DNA of 60,382 nt from Leptospira biflexa (lineage in GTDB: Bacteria; Spirochaetota; Leptospiria; Turneriellales; DYLW01), in assembly GCA_020720785.1 (NCBI GenBank), contig DYOA01000013.1:1-60382 (forward strand), written 5' to 3'. Shown here one piece after another: positions 1-8,808 of this stretch (position 1 is its first letter; each line of letters opens with the position of its first letter). The notes below the pieces were generated by a model, which was given only the letters and a program-made list of their open reading frames with translations, was not told the DNA's origin and made no database searches. The translations under genes were made by a program, and so were the position numbers.

Positions 1-4
1 CTTA

Positions 5-1804
5 ATGAATTTTTTTTCCCGGTATGAGAATATCAATATTGCTGTTGCCTCCCTTTTAGTGGAAGAGCTCATCCGTAATGACATTCATTATTTTGTCATT
101 TCACCCGGCTCCCGCTCCACCCCTCTGGCTATTGCTGTAACCAGAAATCCTCTCACCCGGTATAAACTGGTTCTGGATGAAAGATCGGCGGGATTCTATG
201 CTCTGGGATACGCCAAAGGCAGGAAAAAACCTGCCGTCCTTATATGCACATCCGGAACGGCACTGGCCAACTATTTTCCTGCAGTTATTGAAGCCAGAAT
301 GACAAATACACCTTTATTGGTTTTATCTGCTGACCGCCCGTTTTCCCTGCAGGATACGGGATCTAACCAGACCATAGAACAGCCCCATATCTATGGAAAT
401 TATACCCGGATTTTTTCCCATATACCGGTAACTCCCCAGGGTTTGTCCGCACCCTCCATCCTGAGCCTTGTGGACAATATTCTGTATAAAATGATATACG
501 CTGAACCGGGACCAGCCCATATCAACATAGCCTTTGATGAGCCTCTGCATCCGGAAATCCATCCATACCATATAGATGGGAATGAGTCTTTTTATGAATG
601 GATGAAGACCAGGAATCCATTCACCCGATACTTTCCACGGAAAGATACATCCTCCTTAACGGAAAATGAGATTTGGGGCAACTTGTCTGAATCCGGGAAT
701 ATGACGATAGTGACCGGAAGTCTGGAAGAATTCATACAATCCGATGAAGACAGAATTCTCATAAAGAAAATCATGGAGGACCTCTGCCGGAAAGGCTGGC
801 CGGTGTGGATGGATATTCGCTCCGGATTTTTCCGCAGTCTTTGCGGTATTTCCCATGCCGATTTTATTTTTGGCAATACCACTCTTCCGCCCCATGCTGC
901 TCCAGAGACAATTCTGCACATTGGCTCAGAAATGCTGTCCAAAGAGTATTACCGTCTTTTACAGAAACATATCATTCCCACCGTCATCCAGATAAAAAAC
1001 CATGCAAACCGTCATGATCCGGAATACGGAGTCACCGTTCGCCTGTCTGCCGATGTGCATAAATTGGCAGAAATCGTCCGCCAGATACCGGAGTGCAAAA
1101 ACCATGAATATTCCGAATACTGGAAATCTTCATCCGTGAAATCCCAGGCTTTGCTGGAGGATATTTTTAAATCTGAAAAGACAATATCAGAAGCTGGTTT
1201 TCTGCACCATCTTGCCCTGGCAAGGCTGGACTCAGATATCGCCATCGGCAACAGTATGCCCATCCGGAATCTGGATATGTTTACCGCATCCCTCCATCCC
1301 GGCATAGCGGTATTCTCCAACCGGGGAGCCAGCGGCATTGATGGCTTTCTTTCCTCCTCCATGGGTTTTGCCACCGCAACCGGAAGACCCACAGTGATAA
1401 TATCCGGCGATGTTGCTGCCCTGCATGATCTAAACTCTCTGTATCTTTCCACGGACATTCCCAACGCCACGATTGTTCTGGTTTTCAATAACGGAGGAAG
1501 CGGGATTTTTGATTATCTGCCCATTGCCCGTTATCCGGAAGATTACGGCAACTTATTCCGGACGGAACATTCATATAATATGAAAAATTTTGCGAAAGGG
1601 TTTAATCTCCCCTATTACACGGCATCCCCCGCAGAAGAAATTCCAGAAATATTTTACGGTAAAATAATGTTACTTATTCAGGATATTATTATTAAAAAAG
1701 AAAAAGCCGTTCTGGAACTTTTTTTTGACAGGGAGTATAACATTCTGCTCCAGAAAAAGATACATCACGAATTCAGGAAACACTTTTCTACACCAGAACA
1801 ATAG
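5..1804 (+). CDS. menD: SEPHCHC synthase (menaquinone biosynthesis)
   Basis: ISPGSRSTPL, DERSAGFYALG, CTSGTALANYFPAVIEA, LSADRP, SNRGASGIDG and the ThDP-binding GD...NNGG motif; 599 aa. Confidence 0.95.
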   Translation: MNFFSRYENINIAVASLLVEELIRNDIHYFVISPGSRSTPLAIAVTRNPLTRYKLVLDERSAGFYALGYAKGRKKPAVLICTSGTALANYFPAVIEARMTNTPLLVLSADRPFSLQDTGSNQTIEQPHIYGNYTRIFSHIPVTPQGLSAPSILSLVDNILYKMIYAEPGPAHINIAFDEPLHPEIHPYHIDGNESFYEWMKTRNPFTRYFPRKDTSSLTENEIWGNLSESGNMTIVTGSLEEFIQSDEDRILIKKIMEDLCRKGWPVWMDIRSGFFRSLCGISHADFIFGNTTLPPHAAPETILHIGSEMLSKEYYRLLQKHIIPTVIQIKNHANRHDPEYGVTVRLSADVHKLAEIVRQIPECKNHEYSEYWKSSSVKSQALLEDIFKSEKTISEAGFLHHLALARLDSDIAIGNSMPIRNLDMFTASLHPGIAVFSNRGASGIDGFLSSSMGFATATGRPTVIISGDVAALHDLNSLYLSTDIPNATIVLVFNNGGSGIFDYLPIARYPEDYGNLFRTEHSYNMKNFAKGFNLPYYTASPAEEIPEIFYGKIMLLIQDIIIKKEKAVLELFFDREYNILLQKKIHHEFRKHFSTPEQ

Positions 1805-3290
1805 ACTCCATCATGTAATCTCCGTATTTCTCCTGAAGATTCCAATGAAAGGATTCCACCGCTTCCTCTTTCAAAAGACCCAGCATGCTTTTGGCACCTT
1901 CGTGTATGAAAACCATTTTACCCTTAGCCGATTCTTTTTTTATCAGGGCATTAATCACATGTATCAGACTCACCAATTTCTGGTTTTCCTGGGACGCACA
2001 AAACGGGCAATGGTGGTATTCAATGGATTCCATAATTTCTTTTTGGAATCCCCATTTAGTTGCCATTTGCCCGCCAATGGATGTATGGGATGTGCCCAGA
2101 GTAATTTCTTCCAGTATGGATGATGCCCGGCGATTTTCATCCACTATCAGACCGTTGATTTCTTTTATGGTATCCGGATCTATGGTGGCCAGAACCACTT
2201 TCCCAATATTATGCAGAAGCCCGGCAAGATATGCCACATCCGGATCTATATCCAGCTTGAGCATGGCCACCGCTTCTCGTGTATAAAAGGCAGATTGAAA
2301 AGAATGACTCCAGAAACCCGCCATCACCTTAAAGCGGTTGGCCAGAAGCTTGTGTACGGAAACCCCTGTGGCCATGTTTGCGATACCGTTGATTCCCAGA
2401 ACAGAAGCAGCGGTGGCCACATTTTTTGCCGGATTCTGGCCCATAAAACCGCCGGAATTTGCCAGTTTCAGAATATTTGCCGTCAAAGAGGGATCCTTTT
2501 CTATCTCTTTGGCAATCTCCGCCACGCTGGCATTTTCACTGTCACACATATCCATAACTTTTTTGATCACATCGGGAAAGGTGGGCAGATCTTTAAGCAT
2601 CTCCAGAATTTTCCTTTCAATTTCCATCACATAATCCGGGCGGTGGATTTTCCGGGAAACCCGGATTCCAGCCACAGTCTCCATCCCCGTGTTGTTCAGA
2701 AAAAAGTTCTCTGGACCGATGCCGGATGTTTTCAGAAGCATCATATTCATGATGAGCCCCAGGCCGGCTCCCTCCGTTTCATCCGAAAACTGATCATAGG
2801 CTTCCATTATATTCCGGATTTTTTTCGCATTCTCCAGCCTCATGTTGATCCTTTCCAGTTCCAGGGGAGATATGGGTGAGTTATTGATAACCTGAATACG
2901 AATGCTTTCGCCATCCGGAAAATCAATGATCAGTTTCGCGTACAAACCCGCCCGGATCATCGGTTCAATATAGAATTCTTTTTTCTCCAGCACATTTTTC
3001 CGGAAACCTTCCATGGCTGTTTTTTGCCCATCGGTGTCTTCCATAGATATCTGGTTCATTTTAAAATATACATTCTTTAAATTTGCCTTGAACGCATTAT
3101 TGATTAATTCAATGAAAATGGAAAATACAATATCATTCAGATAATGCAGATCCTGGGTTGCCAGAGAAGAGGTGATCAGATCAAAGGCAGCTTTATTGAT
3201 AGCAGGATTCACATCCTCAAAAGAAAGCGATACCTGCTCTTTTTTTTCAATTTTCTCCGTTAAATCTTTGACAACGTCTGCTATTTTCAT
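1788..3290 (-). CDS. HATPase-like + HDOD domain signal transduction protein
   Basis: N-terminal ELINNAFKAN...GAGLGL (HATPase N/G boxes); C-terminal LPTFP, DPSLTANILKLANS, FWSHS, AGLLHNIGK, KWGF...YHH (HDOD). Confidence 0.85.
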   Translation of the reverse strand: MKIADVVKDLTEKIEKKEQVSLSFEDVNPAINKAAFDLITSSLATQDLHYLNDIVFSIFIELINNAFKANLKNVYFKMNQISMEDTDGQKTAMEGFRKNVLEKKEFYIEPMIRAGLYAKLIIDFPDGESIRIQVINNSPISPLELERINMRLENAKKIRNIMEAYDQFSDETEGAGLGLIMNMMLLKTSGIGPENFFLNNTGMETVAGIRVSRKIHRPDYVMEIERKILEMLKDLPTFPDVIKKVMDMCDSENASVAEIAKEIEKDPSLTANILKLANSGGFMGQNPAKNVATAASVLGINGIANMATGVSVHKLLANRFKVMAGFWSHSFQSAFYTREAVAMLKLDIDPDVAYLAGLLHNIGKVVLATIDPDTIKEINGLIVDENRRASSILEEITLGTSHTSIGGQMATKWGFQKEIMESIEYHHCPFCASQENQKLVSLIHVINALIKKESAKGKMVFIHEGAKSMLGLLKEEAVESFHWNLQEKYGDYMMESIVLV

Positions 3291-3305
3291 CTTCCCCCCA
3301 ATATT

Positions 3306-5387
3306 TTATTTCCTACCCATCCGGGCCACTCCCTGCCACCTATCCGAAGGCGGATGGTTTATGAGATAACGGCAGCGTTCCAGGAAAAGAATCAGAATTT
3401 TATCCTCCGGATTTTCCTCAAAAAGTCGCTGGAATATATCCAGTGCTACGGGAAAACCACCGCTTCTGTAGAGATCCAAAGCTTTTTCAAAATCCAACTT
3501 CTGGGCCATTTTCTTTTCCCGTAATTCTTCCGGATCAGAATTAAAAAGTTCATACAGAATGACAATCTTTTGTTTGCCTTTTACCTTGACACGGTCAATT
3601 TCCCGCAAATAGTATTTTTCTTTATCCAGAATTTTTTCATAGACGGTGTCAGAAAGAATCACCGGCACCTGGTAATATTTGGTGAGACTCTCAATCCGGC
3701 TGGCCAAGTTCACGGTATCCCCAATAACCGTGGTATCTATCCGCTGGGAAGAACCGACCGTACCCAGGATTAGATTTCCGGAGTGAATTCCCAGACCAAT
3801 GTCAATGGGAATATAACCGGAGTTGGACCGGTGCTCATTGTAAGTAACAAGTTTTTCTTTTATTTCCAGCGAGGCTTTAATGGCATCCTCCGGCGACTCC
3901 GGGAAAAGTGCCATAACCGCATCGCCGATGTATTTATCCACAAATCCATTATTTTCCTGGATGATGGGTTCCATCCTCTTAAAAAGGGAATTCAGGAAGA
4001 AAAAACTCTCATCGGGGGTCATGTTTTCCGACATATCTGTAAATTTTCTGATATCTGAGAATAGAACGGTCATTTCATAAGAAGCAGCATCTCCCAGACG
4101 AACATCTTCCACAGATTCCCTTTCCAGAAATTTTAGAAATTGCCGGGGAACAAATCGGGAAAAAGATTCCAGCATATTATTTTTTGTCTCCAGAAGTACT
4201 TTCTGGGCAAGCTCCTTGTCCTTCTTCAACTGGTTAATACGATCCCCCAAACCAAGGGAGAGCAGAGTTACTTCCAGAGCTACCCCAATCTGCATTCCCC
4301 ATTTGGTCAGGAAACTGTTGGGAAGAAGTCCCAGACTCTTTGCGGCAAAAATACCCGTTCCCAGAAAAGCAAATATCCAGCCAATGAAAAAATACCGTGC
4401 CGGCTTGTAACCACCCTGCAAAGATAAAATGGTGGTTATAATCATGCTCACCGGAATAATGATCCATAAAACTGTCCCCAACCGGATTGCCGGTGGATAA
4501 GAAGCCACCAAGGAAACAATCACGGAAATTCCGGAGACAAACATCAGGAATAACAGATACTTATCGGTTTTTTTCAATCGGCGGGGGGTGTCCAGAAATA
4601 TCCTGGCAAACTGGATCCCAAAAAATCCACCCATACTCATAAAAAACGGAGTGTTCTGCTTGGACCACCAATTGGAATATGGCCAGAGGTACTCAAAAGA
4701 ATAACCATTCAGAGACATCTGGACCATGGTGGCATTGATCAACCAAAAAATGTAATAAAAATAGTTAATGTCCCTGACCGACAGCAGGAGAAATAGATTG
4801 TAAAACAGCATCACCAGCATAATTCCGTAAAATACCCCCAGAAACAACTCTTCCCGAAGGACTTTTTCTATGAAACGGTTGTTGGACCAAACCTGCAGAG
4901 GAAATGTTTTAGATGTTTCCGTGGAAATACGGATGTAATACCAGTCGGCTGAGAAAGGTTTCTGCTCCAGCGGGAATAGGAAATTTCTGTAAAGAATTTC
5001 TCTCTCCCGGAAAGATTGGTATAAACCCTGGCTTTTCTTTTCGTAAGTACCATTTACCGATGGAATATAAAGATCAATTTTATCCACAAGGGAATATGAC
5101 ATCTCCAGAAAATACCGGATTTTCTGCGACCCATTGTTTTCCACCTGGAATTTCAGCCAGTATGTATGGGAATCATAACCAAAATTTGGCTCGTCCTTCA
5201 CGGAAGGGAAAAATTTTATCTTCCGCACCTCATCCAGTGTCAATGCATTGGTTTTATCCACATAGAAGAACAATTTTTTCCCGATATACTCGCCACTCAA
5301 TTCGTCCGTCAAAACAAGCGAATCCGCGTAAAGAGATCCGGATATCATAAAAAAAATTATGAACGCATTTTTATTCATTATATGCAA
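3306..5387 (-). CDS. 7TM-DISM sensor class III adenylate/guanylate cyclase
   Basis: DISMED2 (NFGY..YWL), 7 TM helices, VLFSDIRKFT, DKYIGDAVMA, VIGDTVNLASRIE, VKGK. Confidence 0.9.
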   Translation of the reverse strand: MHIMNKNAFIIFFMISGSLYADSLVLTDELSGEYIGKKLFFYVDKTNALTLDEVRKIKFFPSVKDEPNFGYDSHTYWLKFQVENNGSQKIRYFLEMSYSLVDKIDLYIPSVNGTYEKKSQGLYQSFREREILYRNFLFPLEQKPFSADWYYIRISTETSKTFPLQVWSNNRFIEKVLREELFLGVFYGIMLVMLFYNLFLLLSVRDINYFYYIFWLINATMVQMSLNGYSFEYLWPYSNWWSKQNTPFFMSMGGFFGIQFARIFLDTPRRLKKTDKYLLFLMFVSGISVIVSLVASYPPAIRLGTVLWIIIPVSMIITTILSLQGGYKPARYFFIGWIFAFLGTGIFAAKSLGLLPNSFLTKWGMQIGVALEVTLLSLGLGDRINQLKKDKELAQKVLLETKNNMLESFSRFVPRQFLKFLERESVEDVRLGDAASYEMTVLFSDIRKFTDMSENMTPDESFFFLNSLFKRMEPIIQENNGFVDKYIGDAVMALFPESPEDAIKASLEIKEKLVTYNEHRSNSGYIPIDIGLGIHSGNLILGTVGSSQRIDTTVIGDTVNLASRIESLTKYYQVPVILSDTVYEKILDKEKYYLREIDRVKVKGKQKIVILYELFNSDPEELREKKMAQKLDFEKALDLYRSGGFPVALDIFQRLFEENPEDKILILFLERCRYLINHPPSDRWQGVARMGRK

Positions 5388-5434
5388 AAAATGTATTATC
5401 CCTCCGGCGTCAATATTATAAATATGGAGGCTAT

Positions 5435-5465
5435 CCGCCGGGGGGCTGTGCTTTATGTGACATAA
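5435..5465. repeat. CCGCCGGGGG + TTATGTGACATAA palindrome (left copy of a direct repeat)
   Basis: Same two elements recur in the same orientation at 8684-8708 (CCGCCGGGGG..TTATGTCTCATAA). Confidence 0.6.
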
Positions 5466-5472
5466 TGTCTTA

Positions 5473-5506
5473 GGTGACAGACACTTATGGGAAAGTGACT
5501 GTCACC
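5473..5506. repeat. REP-like inverted doublet upstream of RAYT
   Basis: GGTGACAGACACTT-atggga-AAGTGACTGTCACC: 14-bp stem with one mismatch. Confidence 0.8.
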
Positions 5507-5705
5507 ATCCCCTTTAAATAAATTCATCAATATATTTGTCCCCGTCATGGGATTCCCACCCCCATAAACAAGGGAAAAACGCAATCCCCGAAAAAATTTT
5601 CACTTTTTATTAAATTTTATTCTAACAGTCAGCATTTTTTGCTGATTTTGAAACAAAATTTTTCATATATAATAAAATACACCAATGCACCAAAAGGAGA
5701 AATAA

Positions 5706-6461
5706 ATGGCCAGATACCCCAGAGTAAAAAATTCCAACGTGGAAGAAATATATTCCGTTTCCACCAAAGAAAATCGAAAAAATTTTATGTTCGATGTGAC
5801 CAATCCGGAAAACAACGAAAATATCTTCCTCTTTCTGGATGTCCTCAAACGGGCAAAGAAAAAGTACAAATTTATCGTCTACGGTTTTGCGATCATGAGC
5901 AACCACGTACACCTGCTGATCAAACCCCGGCTCGCATTCGGAGACATAAGTGTAATTATGCGCTACGTAAACGGGAGGTTCTCATTTGAATACAATAAAA
6001 AGCATAATAATGGCGGCGGCCACACCTGGAAAGACCGCTTCTCCAGCAAAATCCTGCGGGGTAAAAATTCCATCCGCAACATGCTGCGCTATTTTATCCT
6101 GAACCCCGTCCGGGCAGGCATCGTGGACGACCCCATGGATCACCCGTTCCACCTGGGCCACACCATCATGACCGCTAATGATAAATTACCCATTTATGGA
6201 GAAATAGTGGACTTGGCTGAAATTGAGAAAGATGTCATTGAATACCTGCAGAAAATGATCAACCAGATAAAGAAAGCAATCCTGGAAAAAACAAAAGCAA
6301 AGGCAGCCTATTTTTTAAAAATGGTCTCCGCAAAAATTCCCCGGCATAGTTTCAATTTAAGCAAAAAACGCAAAGAACAATTTTACCGTTATTTTTCAGG
6401 ACCGGTCGATGAGATCAGAGATGAAAGAAAGAAATATAATCTGAAGGATTATGACCCATGA
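5706..6461 (+). mobile_element. REP-associated tyrosine transposase (RAYT / Y1 HUH endonuclease)
   Basis: MARYPR start, MSNHVHLL (HUH), GHTWKDRFSS, RYFILNPVRAGIV (catalytic Tyr + NPVRAG); AAGGAG RBS; flanking REP-like palindromes. Confidence 0.88.
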
Positions 6462-6489
6462 TGATATATTTATCACCGGTCTTCACTAA

Positions 6490-6739
6490 AAGAAAATAAG
6501 TCTCTACGTTGCCGCCCGCTCTCCGCCTTCCGCTTGTATTAAGGCAGAGAGTCGCGGTGGCGTGGAAAGCACAATGGTAATTGTCCTTTTAGCAACGAAT
6601 GATTGGAAGGGAATTGGTCCACTTCCATATTTGTCACGGCGATTGCATATCCCGGAATTACGAGTCAAACCCAGAAAGGCAGGACCACCTGCGACTACCC
6701 GGCAAGAAACCGGCGACAGGCATAACCCGACTGTTTTTT
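6490..6739 (-). ncRNA. putative structured non-coding RNA of unknown family
   Basis: GC-rich intergenic block with at least 6 stems, directly downstream of a consensus sigma70 promoter; no credible ORF; U-rich tail after the last hairpin. Confidence 0.5.
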
Positions 6740-6745
6740 TCTATG

Positions 6746-6774
6746 ATTATAGCATATAATTTACATCCATTCAA
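6746..6774 (-). promoter_or_regulatory. sigma70 promoter with extended -10
   Basis: Minus strand TTGAAT-N17-TATAAT with TG at the extended -10 position (TGcTATAAT). Confidence 0.7.
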
Positions 6775-6862
6775 GGATAAATCCACCACTTTCCCTCATT
6801 TGGAGTACATTCCGGGAGAATGAGCAGTAAATCCAATGGAAAACCCCGGGGATTTGCCGGAG

Positions 6863-6921
6863 GGTGACAGTCACTACCGGTATGGTGACAGTCACATATG
6901 AAAAAGTGTCTGTCACCATAC
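6863..6921. repeat. REP-like cluster (3 copies) between RAYT and fbaA
   Basis: GGTGACAGTCAC at 6863 and 6884; GTGTCTGTCACC at 6906; 6880-6921 forms a 16-bp hairpin with one mismatch. Confidence 0.8.
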
Positions 6922-6989
6922 TGCAAGATGGAATTGACAATATACAACAAGGTTGAACGGTTGCCTATCACAAAATACCGGAGGAAAAA

Positions 6990-8063
6990 ATGTCAAAAAT
7001 CAATTTAAAACCAGGAATCGTAACAGGCAACCAGCTCAAAGAATTATATGATTACTGCAAAGAAACCATGTGTGCTATTCCCGCAGTCAACGTAATCGGA
7101 TCCAGCACCATCAACGCCGCAATGCAGGCAGCGAAGGAGATGTCTTCCCCCATCATTATCCAGTTTTCTAATGGGGGAGCACATTTCAACGCGGGGAAAT
7201 TTCTGGATAATACCGACCAGAGAGCTACCATTGCCGGAGCGGTGGCTGGAGCACTCCATATCCGCCACATCGCCCCGGTGTACGGAGTGCCAGTCATCCT
7301 GCATACGGACCACGCGGCAAAAAAACTGCTGCCCTGGATAGATGGTCTTTTAGACGCTGGAGAAGATTTTTTCCGTAAAAACGGAGAACCCCTGTACAGC
7401 TCCCACATGCTGGATCTGTCCGAAGAACCTCTGAAAGAAAACCTGGAGATTTCCGCCCGGTATCTGGAGCGGATGAATAAAATCATGATGAGCCTGGAAA
7501 TTGAACTGGGAGTGACAGGCGGGGAAGAAGACGGAGTGGACAATACGGGGATAGATAACGCAAAGTTATACACCCAACCCGACGATGTGTTGAAAGCTTA
7601 CGATAAATTAAAACCCATCGGCCATTTTACCGTCGCGGCATCCTTTGGAAATACCCATGGCGTATACAAACCTGGCAATGTCAAACTAACCCCGCCGATT
7701 TTAAAAAACAGCCAGGATAAAATCCAAAGCGTCCGAAATACCGGGATCAAACCCGTCGATCTGGTATTCCATGGCGGCTCCGGATCCAGCCTGGATGAAA
7801 TCCGGGAAGCTGTATCCTACGGAGTTGTAAAAATGAATATCGATACAGACACGCAGTGGGCATTCACTCAGCCCATCAAGGCCTATATGGATGAAAAAGA
7901 CGGGTATCTGCACGCACAGATTGGCAATCCGGAAGGAGAAGACAAACCCAATAAAAAATACATCGATCCGCGTGCATGGACAAATCTGGGCGAAAAAGGC
8001 ATGGTCCAGAGACTTCGCCGGGCATTTGAGGATTTGAACGCACCGGAAAAATTCACGTTCTGA
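6990..8063 (+). CDS. fbaA: fructose-bisphosphate aldolase class II
   Basis: PAVNV, LHTDH, SSHMLDLSEE, ELGVTGGEEDG, FGNTHGVYKPG, VFHGGSGS, KMNIDTD; GGAGG RBS. Confidence 0.97.
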   Translation: MSKINLKPGIVTGNQLKELYDYCKETMCAIPAVNVIGSSTINAAMQAAKEMSSPIIIQFSNGGAHFNAGKFLDNTDQRATIAGAVAGALHIRHIAPVYGVPVILHTDHAAKKLLPWIDGLLDAGEDFFRKNGEPLYSSHMLDLSEEPLKENLEISARYLERMNKIMMSLEIELGVTGGEEDGVDNTGIDNAKLYTQPDDVLKAYDKLKPIGHFTVAASFGNTHGVYKPGNVKLTPPILKNSQDKIQSVRNTGIKPVDLVFHGGSGSSLDEIREAVSYGVVKMNIDTDTQWAFTQPIKAYMDEKDGYLHAQIGNPEGEDKPNKKYIDPRAWTNLGEKGMVQRLRRAFEDLNAPEKFTF

Positions 8064-8680
8064 TGTTTCCTTTTTCCAGAGATGAAAAAAGCCGGGTGCG
8101 GTTCATGTTTAACACTATCGCACCCGTGTATTCCTGGTTTGATGAAGGAGTCCGGAATAACTTTGAAAAGGGTTTCCGCCTCCTCCAGGAAAAGGTGACA
8201 GTCACCGGCATGACAGTTCTGGACATTGGGTGCGGAACCGGGGCTTGGGCCTACCATTTTATGAAATCCGGAGCCCATGTGACCGGAGTGGACATTTCTG
8301 ATGGAATGCTCCGGTATGCCCGGAATCGTTATTCAGAAAAAATGGAATGCATATACGAGGATATTCTGGATGAGCAATCCACTATTGCCGGGAAGAAGTT
8401 CGATATTGTTACCGCATCTTATGTTCTCCATGGGATGAAACGTCCGGAGCGGATGGCCATGCTGAAAAGGATGAAATCCCTGGCCAGAAAAGCGGTGGTT
8501 ATCCATGACTATGGCCCGGATTTTGCCGGGGTAATCATGTATCTGCTGGAAAAGGCAGAGCGGTCCGATTACTGTGTTTTCCGGAGAGAATTCCCCAAGG
8601 AATTTGGGTCCACGTTTTCCCAAACTTCGATTTTACACCCCCGTAAGTCCAACGCTGTGTACTACGCTCTTCTGGATTGA
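8063..8680 (+). CDS. class I SAM-dependent methyltransferase
   Basis: VLDIGCGTG, GVDIS, FDIVTASYVLH; start overlaps fbaA stop (TGATG). Confidence 0.88.
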   Translation: MFPFSRDEKSRVRFMFNTIAPVYSWFDEGVRNNFEKGFRLLQEKVTVTGMTVLDIGCGTGAWAYHFMKSGAHVTGVDISDGMLRYARNRYSEKMECIYEDILDEQSTIAGKKFDIVTASYVLHGMKRPERMAMLKRMKSLARKAVVIHDYGPDFAGVIMYLLEKAERSDYCVFRREFPKEFGSTFSQTSILHPRKSNAVYYALLD

Positions 8681-8683
8681 CCG

Positions 8684-8749
8684 CCGCCGGGGGAATTATG
8701 TCTCATAAGTCCATAAGTGACTGTCACCATATTAAAAGTGTCTGTCACC
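8684..8749. repeat. right direct-repeat copy plus two tandem REP-like motifs
   Basis: CCGCCGGGGG-aa-TTATGTCTCATAA followed by AAGTGACTGTCACC (8715) and AAGTGTCTGTCACC (8736). Confidence 0.75.
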
Positions 8750-8756
8750 CATGCCC

Positions 8757-8790
8757 AAAAAAAGCCCCATAAATCGGGGCTTCTCTCTTC
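8757..8790. terminator. probable bidirectional intrinsic terminator
   Basis: A-tract, AAGCCCC-7nt-GGGGCTT, then pyrimidine tract, between convergent genes. Confidence 0.65.
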
Positions 8791-8808
8791 TCCGGCCCTG
8801 GGGGGATT

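Noticed and set aside
5706-6461. IS200/IS605 insertion sequence with TnpB
   Set aside because: No tnpB/iscB; length and the NPVRAG motif fit RAYT rather than IS200 TnpA
6562-6971. Short ORFs 6562-6759, 6599-6823 and 6771-6971
   Set aside because: No RBS or recognisable motifs; they overlap hairpins, the promoter and repeats
5473-8749. CRISPR array from the GTGACAG repeats
   Set aside because: Repeats are 12-16 nt, in mixed orientation, with 6-10 nt gaps and no cas genes
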